A DNA stretch of 64,000 nt from Bacteroidaceae bacterium (GTDB taxonomy: Bacteria > Bacteroidota > Bacteroidia > Bacteroidales > Bacteroidaceae): the NCBI GenBank assembly GCA_017381015.1, contig JAFOCV010000045.1, forward strand, positions 5,628-69,627, written 5' to 3'. Below the pieces are notes generated by a model. That model did not search any database. It saw only the letters and a list, made by a program, of their open reading frames with translations, and was not told where the DNA came from. A program made the translations under genes and the position numbers. This document shows positions 35,286-44,135 of this stretch, in pieces; the stretch's first letter is position 1; each line of letters begins with the position of its first letter.

Positions 35286-37106
35286 ATGAAAAGAGATGAG
35301 ATAATAACAAAACTGAAATCTATAGCAGGGAGTTTACCAGAGCTCCCTGGTTGTTATCAATATCTTGATGAAAACGGAACAATAATATACGTTGGCAAGG
35401 CTAAAAACCTCAAAAGAAGGGTAAATAGTTATTTCAATAGAGAGCACGACAACTTTAAAACCAGCATCCTCGTTAGTAAAATTCGCGATATAAAATACAT
35501 CGTGGTTAATAGCGAAGAGGACGCTCTCCTATTGGAAAACAACCTTATCAAGCAATGGAACCCCAGATACAATATCCTGCTAAAAGACGGTAAAACTTAT
35601 CCTAGCATTTGTATAACCAACGAGTATCTGCCACGTATAATATATACGAGAAAAATAGTCAAAGGTGCGGGATTATATTTCGGTCCTTATAGTCACATCC
35701 CTACCCTACAGGCATTATTGGAACTGATTAAAAACCTCTATCCGCTTCGTACATGCAAAGAGAAAATCTCCCATGAAAGCATCTGTTCTGGCAAGCACAA
35801 GGTGTGCCTGGAATACCATATTAAGAATTGCAAGGGGCCTTGTTGCGGACTTCAAACCAGGGACGAATACCTCAGTTACATAAATGAGGCAAAAGAAATT
35901 CTAAAAGGAAACACCAAGGATATTCAGAGAAAGATGCTTTCTGAAATGCAATCGCTTGCAGAAGAATTAAGATTTGAAGAAGCCGAAGTAATCAAGAAAA
36001 AATACGATTTACTCGAGAATTATCGCAATAAGAGCGAGGTTGTAAACAATACCCTTCATAATATAGACGTGTTCTATATTGAGAACGATGAAAAGGAGGC
36101 CTATATCAACTATCTGCACGTGGTAAATGGATGCATCAACCAAGCATTTACCTTTGAATACAGTAAAAAACTGGGTGAAACCGCAGAAGAATTACTCGTT
36201 GCTGGCATTGGTGAAATGAGAGCCAGATACGGAAGCCAGAGTAAAGAAATCATCGTTCCGTTTCACGTGGAACTAAATTTGGAAAATATAGAGTTCACCA
36301 TTCCTCAAAGAGGGGATAAAAAGAAACTCTTGGAGCTATCAAAACTAAATACTCTGCAATATAAAAAGGACCGATTAAATCAGAAAGATAAGTTGAATCC
36401 TGAGCAAAAACAGGTAAGATGTCTGAAGGAATTGCAAGACGCTCTTGGTATAGAAACCCTACCATTGCATATAGAATGCTTTGATAATAGTAATATCAGT
36501 GGAGATGATGCCGTGGCTGCATGCATAGTGTTCAGAAAGGGAAAACCGAGCAAAAAAGAGTACCGAAAATACAATATAAAAACGGTGACAGGACCCGATG
36601 ATTACGCCTCAATGAAAGAGGTTGTTCGTCGTAGATACACCCGAATGATAAGCGAGAACACTCCCCTACCCAATCTGATTATAGCGGACGGTGGAAAGGG
36701 CCAAATGGAGGTAATAAGAGAGGTAGTGGAAGACGAACTAAATCTGGAAATACCTATCGCTGGATTGGCCAAAAACGAGCATCACAAGACCAACGAATTG
36801 CTATTTGGATTCCCTCAAATGAGCATTGGATTAAGACTTGATAGCGCTCTGTTTCATATGCTCACACACATACAAGACGAGGTACATCGCTTTGCAATCA
36901 CCTTCCATAGAGACAAGAGAAGCAAGCGACAAACGGCTAGCGAATTGGACACAATAACTGGCATTGGTCCTAAGACAAAGGAACTACTTCTGAAGGAGTT
37001 TAAGAGCCTCACTCGTATCAAAAAGGCCACTTTGGAAGAGTTGCAGAAATGCATCGGTGAAAGCAAAGGAAATACCTTATTTGCATATTTGAATCATCAG
37101 GAATAA
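35286..37106 (+). CDS. uvrC: excinuclease ABC subunit C
   Basis: 606 aa. It has a GIY-YIG domain (GCYQYLDENGTIIYVGKAKNLKRRV), a UVR domain, an Endo-V-like nuclease domain and a C-terminal helix-hairpin-helix (LDTITGIGPKTKELLLKEF). Confidence 0.95.
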   Translation: MKRDEIITKLKSIAGSLPELPGCYQYLDENGTIIYVGKAKNLKRRVNSYFNREHDNFKTSILVSKIRDIKYIVVNSEEDALLLENNLIKQWNPRYNILLKDGKTYPSICITNEYLPRIIYTRKIVKGAGLYFGPYSHIPTLQALLELIKNLYPLRTCKEKISHESICSGKHKVCLEYHIKNCKGPCCGLQTRDEYLSYINEAKEILKGNTKDIQRKMLSEMQSLAEELRFEEAEVIKKKYDLLENYRNKSEVVNNTLHNIDVFYIENDEKEAYINYLHVVNGCINQAFTFEYSKKLGETAEELLVAGIGEMRARYGSQSKEIIVPFHVELNLENIEFTIPQRGDKKKLLELSKLNTLQYKKDRLNQKDKLNPEQKQVRCLKELQDALGIETLPLHIECFDNSNISGDDAVAACIVFRKGKPSKKEYRKYNIKTVTGPDDYASMKEVVRRRYTRMISENTPLPNLIIADGGKGQMEVIREVVEDELNLEIPIAGLAKNEHHKTNELLFGFPQMSIGLRLDSALFHMLTHIQDEVHRFAITFHRDKRSKRQTASELDTITGIGPKTKELLLKEFKSLTRIKKATLEELQKCIGESKGNTLFAYLNHQE

Positions 37107-37150
37107 AGCTAAAATGAAAGAAAAATAACAATAAAACAAGGATATTAGAC

Positions 37151-38038
37151 ATGGAAGAAAACAAGTATGAACGCATGTTGGCCCAGTACAACACCAACAT
37201 CAATGACGAAGAAGTCACTCGTAAGGTTAAGAGAATAGTTGAGGACGGGGTGGAAGAAAACAACACCCTTGATATAAAGAAATTCCTCTTTGGTAGCATA
37301 GAACTAACCTCACTAAAAGCCACTGATAGCGATGAAAGCATTCTAAAACTAGTAGAGAATGTAAACAAATTTGAGGACGAATACATGGAGCTACCTCACG
37401 TGGCCACCATCTGTGTATACCCATGCTTTGCACAGATAGTGAACCAAAGCCTGGAGGTAGAAGGTGTGGAATTGGCATGCGTAAGCGGCTCATTCCCAAG
37501 CTCTCAGGCACTCATCGAGGTCAAGGTGGCAGAGACAGCTCTAGCCATAAAAGACGGCGCTACAGAGATAGATATAGTAATGAGTATCGGCAAATTCCTG
37601 AGCGGTGATTACGAAACAGTATGTGATGAAATCAGCGAATTGAAGGCTGTTTGCGGCGACAAAAAGCTGAAAGTTATTCTTGAAACTGGGTTGTTTGGCA
37701 ATGCCTCAGACATCAAGACCGCAAGCCTTTTGGCCATGTACTCTGGTGCTGATTATATCAAGACAAGTACTGGCAAGGAGAATCCTGCTGCCACACCAGA
37801 AGCCGTATATGTAATGTGCGAAGCTATCAAAGAGTACCACGAAAAGACAGGCATCAAGATTGGTCTTAAACCAGCAGGCGGTTTGAACACCGTTCGTGAT
37901 GCGCTTACCTATTATACTATAGTAAAGGAAGTTCTTGGAGAGGAGTGGTTAACAAATGAACTCTTCCGTCTTGGCACCAGCCGTTTGGCAAATCTTTTGC
38001 TAAGCGAAATAGTTGGCAAGGAAGTAAAGTTCTTCTAA
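37151..38038 (+). CDS. deoC: deoxyribose-phosphate aldolase (long Bacteroidota form)
   Basis: 295 aa. The class I aldolase barrel has the Schiff-base Lys in DYIKTSTGK and a second Lys in LKVILETG. Confidence 0.85.
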   Translation: MEENKYERMLAQYNTNINDEEVTRKVKRIVEDGVEENNTLDIKKFLFGSIELTSLKATDSDESILKLVENVNKFEDEYMELPHVATICVYPCFAQIVNQSLEVEGVELACVSGSFPSSQALIEVKVAETALAIKDGATEIDIVMSIGKFLSGDYETVCDEISELKAVCGDKKLKVILETGLFGNASDIKTASLLAMYSGADYIKTSTGKENPAATPEAVYVMCEAIKEYHEKTGIKIGLKPAGGLNTVRDALTYYTIVKEVLGEEWLTNELFRLGTSRLANLLLSEIVGKEVKFF

Positions 38039-38186
38039 CTGAGAATCATAAACTCTATATTATCTGAGAAGCTCCCCTACCCTACTCTAGTCACTCGCAC
38101 ATAGCATTTTTGCCCATTTTGCGTCTGAAATACGTGTGCAGATGGCCGAAAAATAAGAAAAAAGGGATTCTCAGAGAGCTAAAAAA

Positions 38187-38220
38187 GGCCTTAATAGATG
38201 AATTTCAGTCTATTAGGGCC
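38187..38220 (+). terminator. rho-independent terminator
   Basis: GGCCTTAATAGA (38187-38198) pairs with TCTATTAGGGCC (38209-38220) with one mismatch, followed by ATTTTTTA. Confidence 0.6.
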
Positions 38221-38373
38221 ATTTTTTATGTTGCAGATAGATTTTATTCTAGATTGAGAATGCGTATTTTTGCAAAATTTTAGCCACTCGCGGTGGATTT
38301 CCTTCAAAACACTCAACATCCACCATCTAATGACCACTAAACGATAACTGACATCTGACATTCGACATTTAAT

Positions 38374-38580
38374 AACTGTTAACTGTTAATTGTTAACTGT
38401 TAAGCATCATCTGTCACTTGTCAACCATTAACTGTCATCTGTCATCTGTCAACCATCAAGCATTAACCATTTTTACTATCTGATTACTGATTACTGATTA
38501 CCAAAGCAGGAACTGAAAACTGAAAAACCGAAAACTAGGTTACAGAAAAATAGCAACTGAATATCTGAATATCCGAATAA
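38374..38580 (+). repeat. mosaic of four microsatellite-like blocks (periods 7, 7, 8, 8)
   Basis: Block 1 is fourteen in-phase heptamers at 38374-38471 (aactgtt x4 variants, atctgtc x3, aaccatt/aaccatc, aagcatc/aagcatt). Block 2 is ctgatta x3 at 38480-38500. Block 3 is aactgaaa/actgaaaa/accgaaaa at 38511-38534. Block 4 is ctgaatat x2 plus ccgaataa at 38557-38580. Confidence 0.9.
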
Positions 38581-38682
38581 AGAGGCTGAAAGGAATAAGC
38601 AAACCAGTTGACCAATCATGATCAACCAAACTATACAAGTCAAAAAGAAAAACAAGAGCTAAATCAGCATCAAGAGCTAAGA

Positions 38683-39663
38683 CTATAACTTTCTCTGAGA
38701 AACAAAGTCGAGATACAATTGCAGAGTTTTTGCTATCTCGCGCTCCCCAACTTCATCCAGCAAACCGCTAGCCATATGAGAGAAATCAGTCATGGCGGCT
38801 TCTGCATAAAGCACACCACCCTCGTGTATGGTCAGTTGAACCAGATGTTCTATTTCCTCTACAGATGCTTCAAAACGTCTAACCTTTAGAGCCAATTCCT
38901 GGACAAATGCATTCTTGCGAGAAGCAAAGATTACGGGTAGAGTCAACTTGCCCTCCTTCATATCATTGCCCGTTGGTTTGCCTACATCCTGCGTGTTGTC
39001 ATAATCAAAAATATCGTCTCTCAATTGGAAACAAATTCCTAACAACATACCAAAGCGTTTCATCGTGTAGATATAACCTTCGTTGTCGGAAGTAAGTGAT
39101 GCACCAGCTTCGGCACAAGCGGAGAAGAGAGATGCCGTTTTCTTCCTAATCACATCATAGTATCTACTTTCCTCAATCTCCTGGGAATCAATGTTTGCCA
39201 ATTGGAGAAGTTCTCCGTCAGAGAGCATTACACCAACGTTGGAAATCAACTCTACAACACGGAAATTACCACAAGCCACTGCATGTTCAATAGCCTTACT
39301 CAAGAGGAAATCACCAACAAGAACAGCAGCCTTATTATCCAGAAGATTATTTACACTCTTCTGACCACGACGGCGGTCGCTCTCGTCCACAATATCATCG
39401 TGTACCAAAGAAGCCGTATGAAGCAATTCGAAAGCAATGGCGGCATGCAAAACCTTGTCATCCAATAGTCCTTCATTATTACTTCCACCACGAGCCGCCA
39501 ACATCACCAACAAGGGACGCATCTGCTTGCCCTTGCGCTGAAGTAAATGCTCGAGAGCAACGTTGAGAAGTGCGTTATCGGACGTAAGCGATTCGGCAAA
39601 CATTTCATTGTAACGTGCCAAATCCTGCTCCACTGGTTTTCTAATCTCCTTTAGTAATTCCAC
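38683..39663 (-). CDS. polyprenyl diphosphate synthase (octaprenyl/all-trans type)
   Basis: About 326 aa if translation starts at the GTG (39661-39663). The first Asp-rich motif is DDIVDESDRRRG and the second is DDIFD. The ORF-track ATG at 39708 would overlap the promoter box, so the start is uncertain (the alternative ATG is at 39606). Confidence 0.85.
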   Translation of the reverse strand: MELLKEIRKPVEQDLARYNEMFAESLTSDNALLNVALEHLLQRKGKQMRPLLVMLAARGGSNNEGLLDDKVLHAAIAFELLHTASLVHDDIVDESDRRRGQKSVNNLLDNKAAVLVGDFLLSKAIEHAVACGNFRVVELISNVGVMLSDGELLQLANIDSQEIEESRYYDVIRKKTASLFSACAEAGASLTSDNEGYIYTMKRFGMLLGICFQLRDDIFDYDNTQDVGKPTGNDMKEGKLTLPVIFASRKNAFVQELALKVRRFEASVEEIEHLVQLTIHEGGVLYAEAAMTDFSHMASGLLDEVGEREIAKTLQLYLDFVSQRKL

Positions 39664-39695
39664 TTTGATTGTTGTAAATTTATATTTTTGATGCG

Positions 39696-39703
39696 CAAAA
39701 TTA
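39696..39703 (-). promoter_or_regulatory. -7 promoter box (TAATTTTG on minus strand)
   Basis: The plus strand reads CAAAATTA, 33 nt upstream of the GTG at 39663. Confidence 0.45.
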
Positions 39704-39737
39704 CACAAAAAGACCGAAAAATCTCACTTTTTTTCAT

Positions 39738-39745
39738 TATTTTTG
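39738..39745 (+). promoter_or_regulatory. -7 promoter box TATTTTTG for polA
   Basis: Matches TAnnTTTG 23 nt upstream of the ATG at 39768. Confidence 0.55.
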
Positions 39746-39767
39746 TGTCCAAATATGTTAAAAAGAT

Positions 39768-42347
39768 ATGAAATTATTCCTTCTAGATGCATATGCTCTC
39801 ATCTATAGAGCCTATTATGCCTTTATCAAGAACCCACGCTACAATTCCAAGGGTGAAAACACAAGCGCCATTCTTGGTTTTGTAAATACCCTGGAAGATG
39901 TACTTCGCAATATGCAACCCACCCATCTGGGTGTGGCTTTTGACCCTCACGGAGGTACCTTCCGTCATGAAAAATACCCTGATTATAAGGCTCAGCGCGA
40001 AGAAACACCCGAAGCCATACGCTTTGCCGTGCCCAAAATCAAAGAGATACTAAAGGCATACCACATACCCGTATTGGAGGTTTCTGGATACGAGGCAGAC
40101 GATGTGATAGGCACATTGGCCAAACAAGCCGACCAACAAGGTATCTGCACCTATATGATGACTCCCGACAAGGATTATGGCCAATTGGTTACCCCAAACG
40201 TGAGCATGTATCGCCCACCCGTGGGTAAGGCTGAAGCTCAGATAATGGGCCCTGAGGAAATATGCGAGAAGTGGGGAATAGAATCCCCCCTTCAGGTTAT
40301 AGATATCCTGGGCCTCATGGGCGATGCGAGCGACAATATCCCTGGTTGTCCTGGTGTGGGAGAAAAGACCGCATGTACGCTTGTACAACAATGGGGAAGT
40401 ATAGATAATCTATTGAATAATATTGACAAACTAAAAGGAGCCATTCAGAAGAAGATATCCGAAAACACGGAACAAATCAAACAAAGCTACTGGTTGGCCA
40501 CAATTGTTACGGATGCACCCATTACTTTAGACCTGGAAGCGCTAAAAATCACCGAACCCGATAATCAGGCACTACAGGAAATATATGAACAATTGGAGTT
40601 CCGTCAGTTGCTAAAGAAGAAACAAGCCAATGCCACCTCTTCCGAGGAGAAAAAGGCTACTCAGAAAGAAAAGAAAACGAGACATCAGGAGAAGTTTAGC
40701 GATGGAAGTATACAAGGCGACCTCTTTGCCAATTTTGACGATTTTGGTAAGGCTGAAGGTGGTGCCGAAAAAGCATCATCGGCAAGTGAAAAGCCCGTAT
40801 ACGACCTATTTAATCTGCCACCAGAGGGCGAATTTGGCATCGTTAGCGAGGCACCCTTCTTCCTGGAAGGAAATACTATCATTGGTCACGATTTGAAAAC
40901 ACACTGGAAGGAACTTACCCAACAGTTCCCTCACCTGATGGAGTGCCCTCGAGGCGAGGAGGGAGCCAAAGAAAAGCCATTGCTCTTTGACACCGCCATA
41001 GCACACTATCTTCTGCATCCCGAGATGCGCCATGGCCTTGATTATCTGAAGGATGCTTACAGATGCCCCACTATCCTATCGCTAAAGCAACTCTTCGAGA
41101 CACAACTGCATGAGAGGGACCTATGGAGCGTGTTTGAGGACATAGAAATGCCACTGATGTGCGTACTGGCACGCATGGAGAGTGCTGGTGTGCGCATAGA
41201 CGAAAAGGGACTTGCCGAAACCAGTCAGCACTACACTCAAGAGATGCTACGACTGGAGGAAGAAATATACATCCTGGCCGGTCAGAGATTCAACATAGCA
41301 TCGCCTCGTCAAGTGGGCGAAATACTGTTTGATGTACTCAAACTGGATTCCAAGGCCAAGAAGACAAAAACCGGTCAGTATGTAACCGGAGAAGAGGTAC
41401 TGGAAGGTCTGCGCAACAAGCACGAAATAGTAGGCAAAATCCTTGAGCACAGAGGACTGAAAAAATTGCTTGGCACGTACATCGATGCCCTACCCCGCTT
41501 GGTCAATCCAGATACCGGACATATACACACAACCTTCAATCAGACGGTCACAACCACCGGTCGCCTTTCATCCTCCAACCCTAATCTGCAAAACATCCCC
41601 GTACGCGATGCCATGGGCAAGGAAGTGCGCAAGGCTTTCATCCCCGACGAAGGACACATCCTCCTCTCTGCCGACTATAGCCAGATAGAACTACGCATCA
41701 TGGCACACCTGAGCCAAGACCCCAATCTTGTGCAGGCCTTTCTGGACGGAGAAGACATCCATGCAGCCACGGCAGCTAAGATTTTCCACAAGGAAATAGG
41801 CGAAGTAACCTCCGATGAGCGACGCGCTGCCAAAACGGCTAATTTCGGCATTATTTACGGCATCAGTGCCTTCGGCCTTGCCGAACGGTTAGGATGCAGC
41901 AGAAGCGAAGCAAAGCAGCTTATAGATGGTTATTTCGAGAGCTATCCCAACGTAAAGCAATACATGGAGCAAAGCATAGCCACTGCACGCGAAAATGGAT
42001 ATACCCAAACCATCTTCAAGCGTCGCTGTCCCCTACCCGATATCAATAGTCACAATGCCGTGGTGCGAGGATATGCCGAGCGCAATGCCATCAATTCGCC
42101 CATCCAGGGAAGTGCCGCAGACATCATGAAGATAGCCATGATAAGGGTGGACAATCGCATGCGCCACGAAGGCCTCAAGAGCCGTATGATATTGCAGGTA
42201 CACGACGAACTAATCTTCACCGTACTACCCGAAGAGAAAGAGGCGCTCCAAGCCCTGGTTATTGAAGAGATGCAGAGTGCCGCACAATTGGCCATACCGT
42301 TGATAGCCGATGTGGGTTGGGGCAAGAATTGGCTTGAAGCACATTAA
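39768..42347 (+). CDS. polA: DNA polymerase I
   Basis: 859 aa. It has a 5' nuclease domain (YAFIKNP..., GYEADDVIGTLA, GDASDNIPGCPGVGEKTA) and polymerase motifs A (LLSADYSQIELRI), B (RRAAKTANFGIIYG) and C (LQVHDEL). The middle domain lacks the proofreading motifs (see findings). Confidence 0.95.
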   Translation: MKLFLLDAYALIYRAYYAFIKNPRYNSKGENTSAILGFVNTLEDVLRNMQPTHLGVAFDPHGGTFRHEKYPDYKAQREETPEAIRFAVPKIKEILKAYHIPVLEVSGYEADDVIGTLAKQADQQGICTYMMTPDKDYGQLVTPNVSMYRPPVGKAEAQIMGPEEICEKWGIESPLQVIDILGLMGDASDNIPGCPGVGEKTACTLVQQWGSIDNLLNNIDKLKGAIQKKISENTEQIKQSYWLATIVTDAPITLDLEALKITEPDNQALQEIYEQLEFRQLLKKKQANATSSEEKKATQKEKKTRHQEKFSDGSIQGDLFANFDDFGKAEGGAEKASSASEKPVYDLFNLPPEGEFGIVSEAPFFLEGNTIIGHDLKTHWKELTQQFPHLMECPRGEEGAKEKPLLFDTAIAHYLLHPEMRHGLDYLKDAYRCPTILSLKQLFETQLHERDLWSVFEDIEMPLMCVLARMESAGVRIDEKGLAETSQHYTQEMLRLEEEIYILAGQRFNIASPRQVGEILFDVLKLDSKAKKTKTGQYVTGEEVLEGLRNKHEIVGKILEHRGLKKLLGTYIDALPRLVNPDTGHIHTTFNQTVTTTGRLSSSNPNLQNIPVRDAMGKEVRKAFIPDEGHILLSADYSQIELRIMAHLSQDPNLVQAFLDGEDIHAATAAKIFHKEIGEVTSDERRAAKTANFGIIYGISAFGLAERLGCSRSEAKQLIDGYFESYPNVKQYMEQSIATARENGYTQTIFKRRCPLPDINSHNAVVRGYAERNAINSPIQGSAADIMKIAMIRVDNRMRHEGLKSRMILQVHDELIFTVLPEEKEALQALVIEEMQSAAQLAIPLIADVGWGKNWLEAH

Positions 42348-42450
42348 TCTCACATAGACATGAGATAGGGAGGAAACGACACCTCTCTGCTGGAAAAGAG
42401 ACATCTGTGTTAAAAAATGTTAAATCCTTGTTGGTAAGCAAAGTAAATTG

Positions 42451-42458
42451 TAACTTTG
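42451..42458 (+). promoter_or_regulatory. -7 promoter box TAACTTTG
   Basis: Matches TAnnTTTG 28 nt upstream of the ATG at 42486. Confidence 0.5.
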
Positions 42459-42485
42459 TCTTCGCAAAAACTATTCTAAGTCTGT

Positions 42486-42941
42486 ATGAAAAGTCCTCTC
42501 TCGCTAGTAATCGTAGCAATAATGGCTTGTATCCTGGCCTCTCACACTACCCTATCCCACTCTACCCCAATGCCCTGCGTAAGTATGGCAGACACCACCG
42601 AAACAACCAAGGTGGACACATTGAGAGAGCTAGAGGTTGGTGGCCAGAAGAGGCTTCGTGTGCTGGACGTGCTGGAGGAAACCAGAAAGAAGCAGAAGAA
42701 GCAACCTGGACAAAAGAGTATCTCTGACGTGATAGGAGGCAAGGCTACCGATTATATTATGCATCCCTTTGCCATAAAGGAGAGGCGCAAGGAGAAGCGC
42801 AACAAGAAGGCCATGGAGGCTCTGGAACAGTTGGATGCTCGCACCTACGAGGATGAGCTCACCGACGCCATCAACCGCCAACTGATGGAGGATTCCATTG
42901 CCAATGCCAAGAAGGAAGCCAAACAGAGTGATAAACAATAA
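42486..42941 (+). CDS. hypothetical exported Lys/Glu-rich protein
   Basis: 151 aa. It has an N-terminal signal/anchor (MKSPLSLVIVAIMACILAS) followed by a highly charged, probably helical region. No family was recognised. Confidence 0.5.
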   Translation: MKSPLSLVIVAIMACILASHTTLSHSTPMPCVSMADTTETTKVDTLRELEVGGQKRLRVLDVLEETRKKQKKQPGQKSISDVIGGKATDYIMHPFAIKERRKEKRNKKAMEALEQLDARTYEDELTDAINRQLMEDSIANAKKEAKQSDKQ

Positions 42942-43222
42942 AATACACTCACCCCCACCCTGCCATCCGTAGTGACAACAACAGGTACAAGGGCATTTTT
43001 CAAAGAAATGAGCACAAAATGGAGCACTTTTGACTCAATTGGTGATTTTGCGTCCTTCATGCGCCAGGAGAGAAAAATTTTGCAAAATGGGGATTTTTTC
43101 ACATATCGAAGCTCAAAACTGAGCATTTTCAGATGCTAAAAACATGCCAAAAGTGTAGTCAGCCAACGATTCTCTCCGATGCCCGTCTTCTGAAACTGGC
43201 TCTACAGGCCAATTCTGAGCCA

Positions 43223-43271
43223 AGGTGTAGTCAGTGAGTCAGTAGTGTCAGTACTTTTTTTGACTACACCT
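43223..43271. other. 11-bp-stem hairpin built from a locally repeated word GTGTAGTCA
   Basis: AGGTGTAGTCA (43223-43233) pairs with TGACTACACCT (43261-43271). A third, direct copy (agtgtagtcag) lies at ~43153-43163. Confidence 0.5.
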
Positions 43272-43686
43272 ATAGCCATCAGACAATGTTCACCAGCAAA
43301 TGATGGGGGATACAGAAACTACATCACGCACAATTATACCATCTATTATCTTGCTAATTAACAACCCGATATCACACGATTTTAGACACATTGTCTATCC
43401 TCTGTCTATTCACACGACGTCCATCGTATCTTCGCACAATGAACAGACGAAATTTAGACACGCTGGCTCTATACAAGATAGCCGACGAAGATGATAACAT
43501 CGAGATTGTAGATAGCAGTGAACTTGTACTTTGAAAGAGTATTATGCAAATTTGCATATTACTATCCTATTCCAATTCGCCTTCTTTAAACAAATTACTG
43601 ATATGGCGACGTATTTTTGACACTTCAAATTAAAAAAGGACTACCATTTGATTTTAAAACCAATACTTAGCCAAAAAATAATTGAA

Positions 43687-43740
43687 TTTTGCGATTAAGC
43701 GAGGGTAGAATCAAGTTTACTTGAATTAGACGAGCGTGAG
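43687..43740 (+). repeat. copy 1 of a ~55-nt direct repeat bracketing the lipoprotein cassette
   Basis: The sequence ttttgcgattaagcgagggtagaatcaagtttacttgaattagacgagcgtgag differs from copy 2 (46585-46640) at about 5 positions. It contains the mini-hairpin TCAAG-ttta-CTTGA. Confidence 0.85.
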
Positions 43741-43760
43741 AAATATCTACGGAGTTAATA

Positions 43761-43882
43761 CCTGACTAACAGTGAAGCAATAGGTGGTGGACGTTTCGTC
43801 CCATCCCATCCTTGCGGGTGGTTGGTAAACGAGGGCACGTTTTGTGATATCTCTCCATACAGAGGGTTCTGTTAGTACCAGG
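43761..43882 (+). ncRNA. candidate structured RNA / leader element (unassigned)
   Basis: A long-range helix pairs CCTGACTAACAG (43761-43772) with CTGTTAGT-ac-CAGG (43869-43882). It encloses the hairpins GGACG-ttt-CGTCC (43789-43801), CCATCC-ttgc-GGGTGG (43806-43821) and CTCT-ccatac-AGAG (43851-43864). The strand and transcription are unproven. Confidence 0.25.
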
Positions 43883-44068
43883 AAATGCGTCTTGAAATAT
43901 TCGACCGTATAGGTAAATTTCCCGACACCCCTTTGTTATACATATATGTTTAACAAAACATTGCTATATATATAATGTGTAAAGAAGGTAAATTAAATGT
44001 AATTAACACAATCTAATAAAAAAAAGATTTTTTTTATATGGCGATGTTTATTTTTTTTGATTAATACG

Positions 44069-44076
44069 TAAATTTG
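44069..44076 (+). promoter_or_regulatory. -7 promoter box TAAATTTG for the lipoprotein pair
   Basis: Matches TAnnTTTG 60 nt upstream of the ATG at 44136, within very AT-rich DNA. Confidence 0.5.
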
Positions 44077-44135
44077 CGATAACTAAAACTCTAAAATGAA
44101 CAATTATTAAGAACTTAACCTAAAACAAAACAATT

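Noticed and set aside
43300-43494. 64-aa ORF in the long spacer (and 43372-43557 on the minus strand)
   Set aside because: It has no promoter or start context and a low-complexity Ser/Ile/His product. It overlaps the repeat words, so it is probably chance.
43741-43885. TPP-riboswitch idea for the structured leader (it contains TGAGA and ACCTGA words)
   Set aside because: The spacing and the remaining conserved core of the thiamine pyrophosphate riboswitch are absent, and no thiamine-related gene lies downstream.
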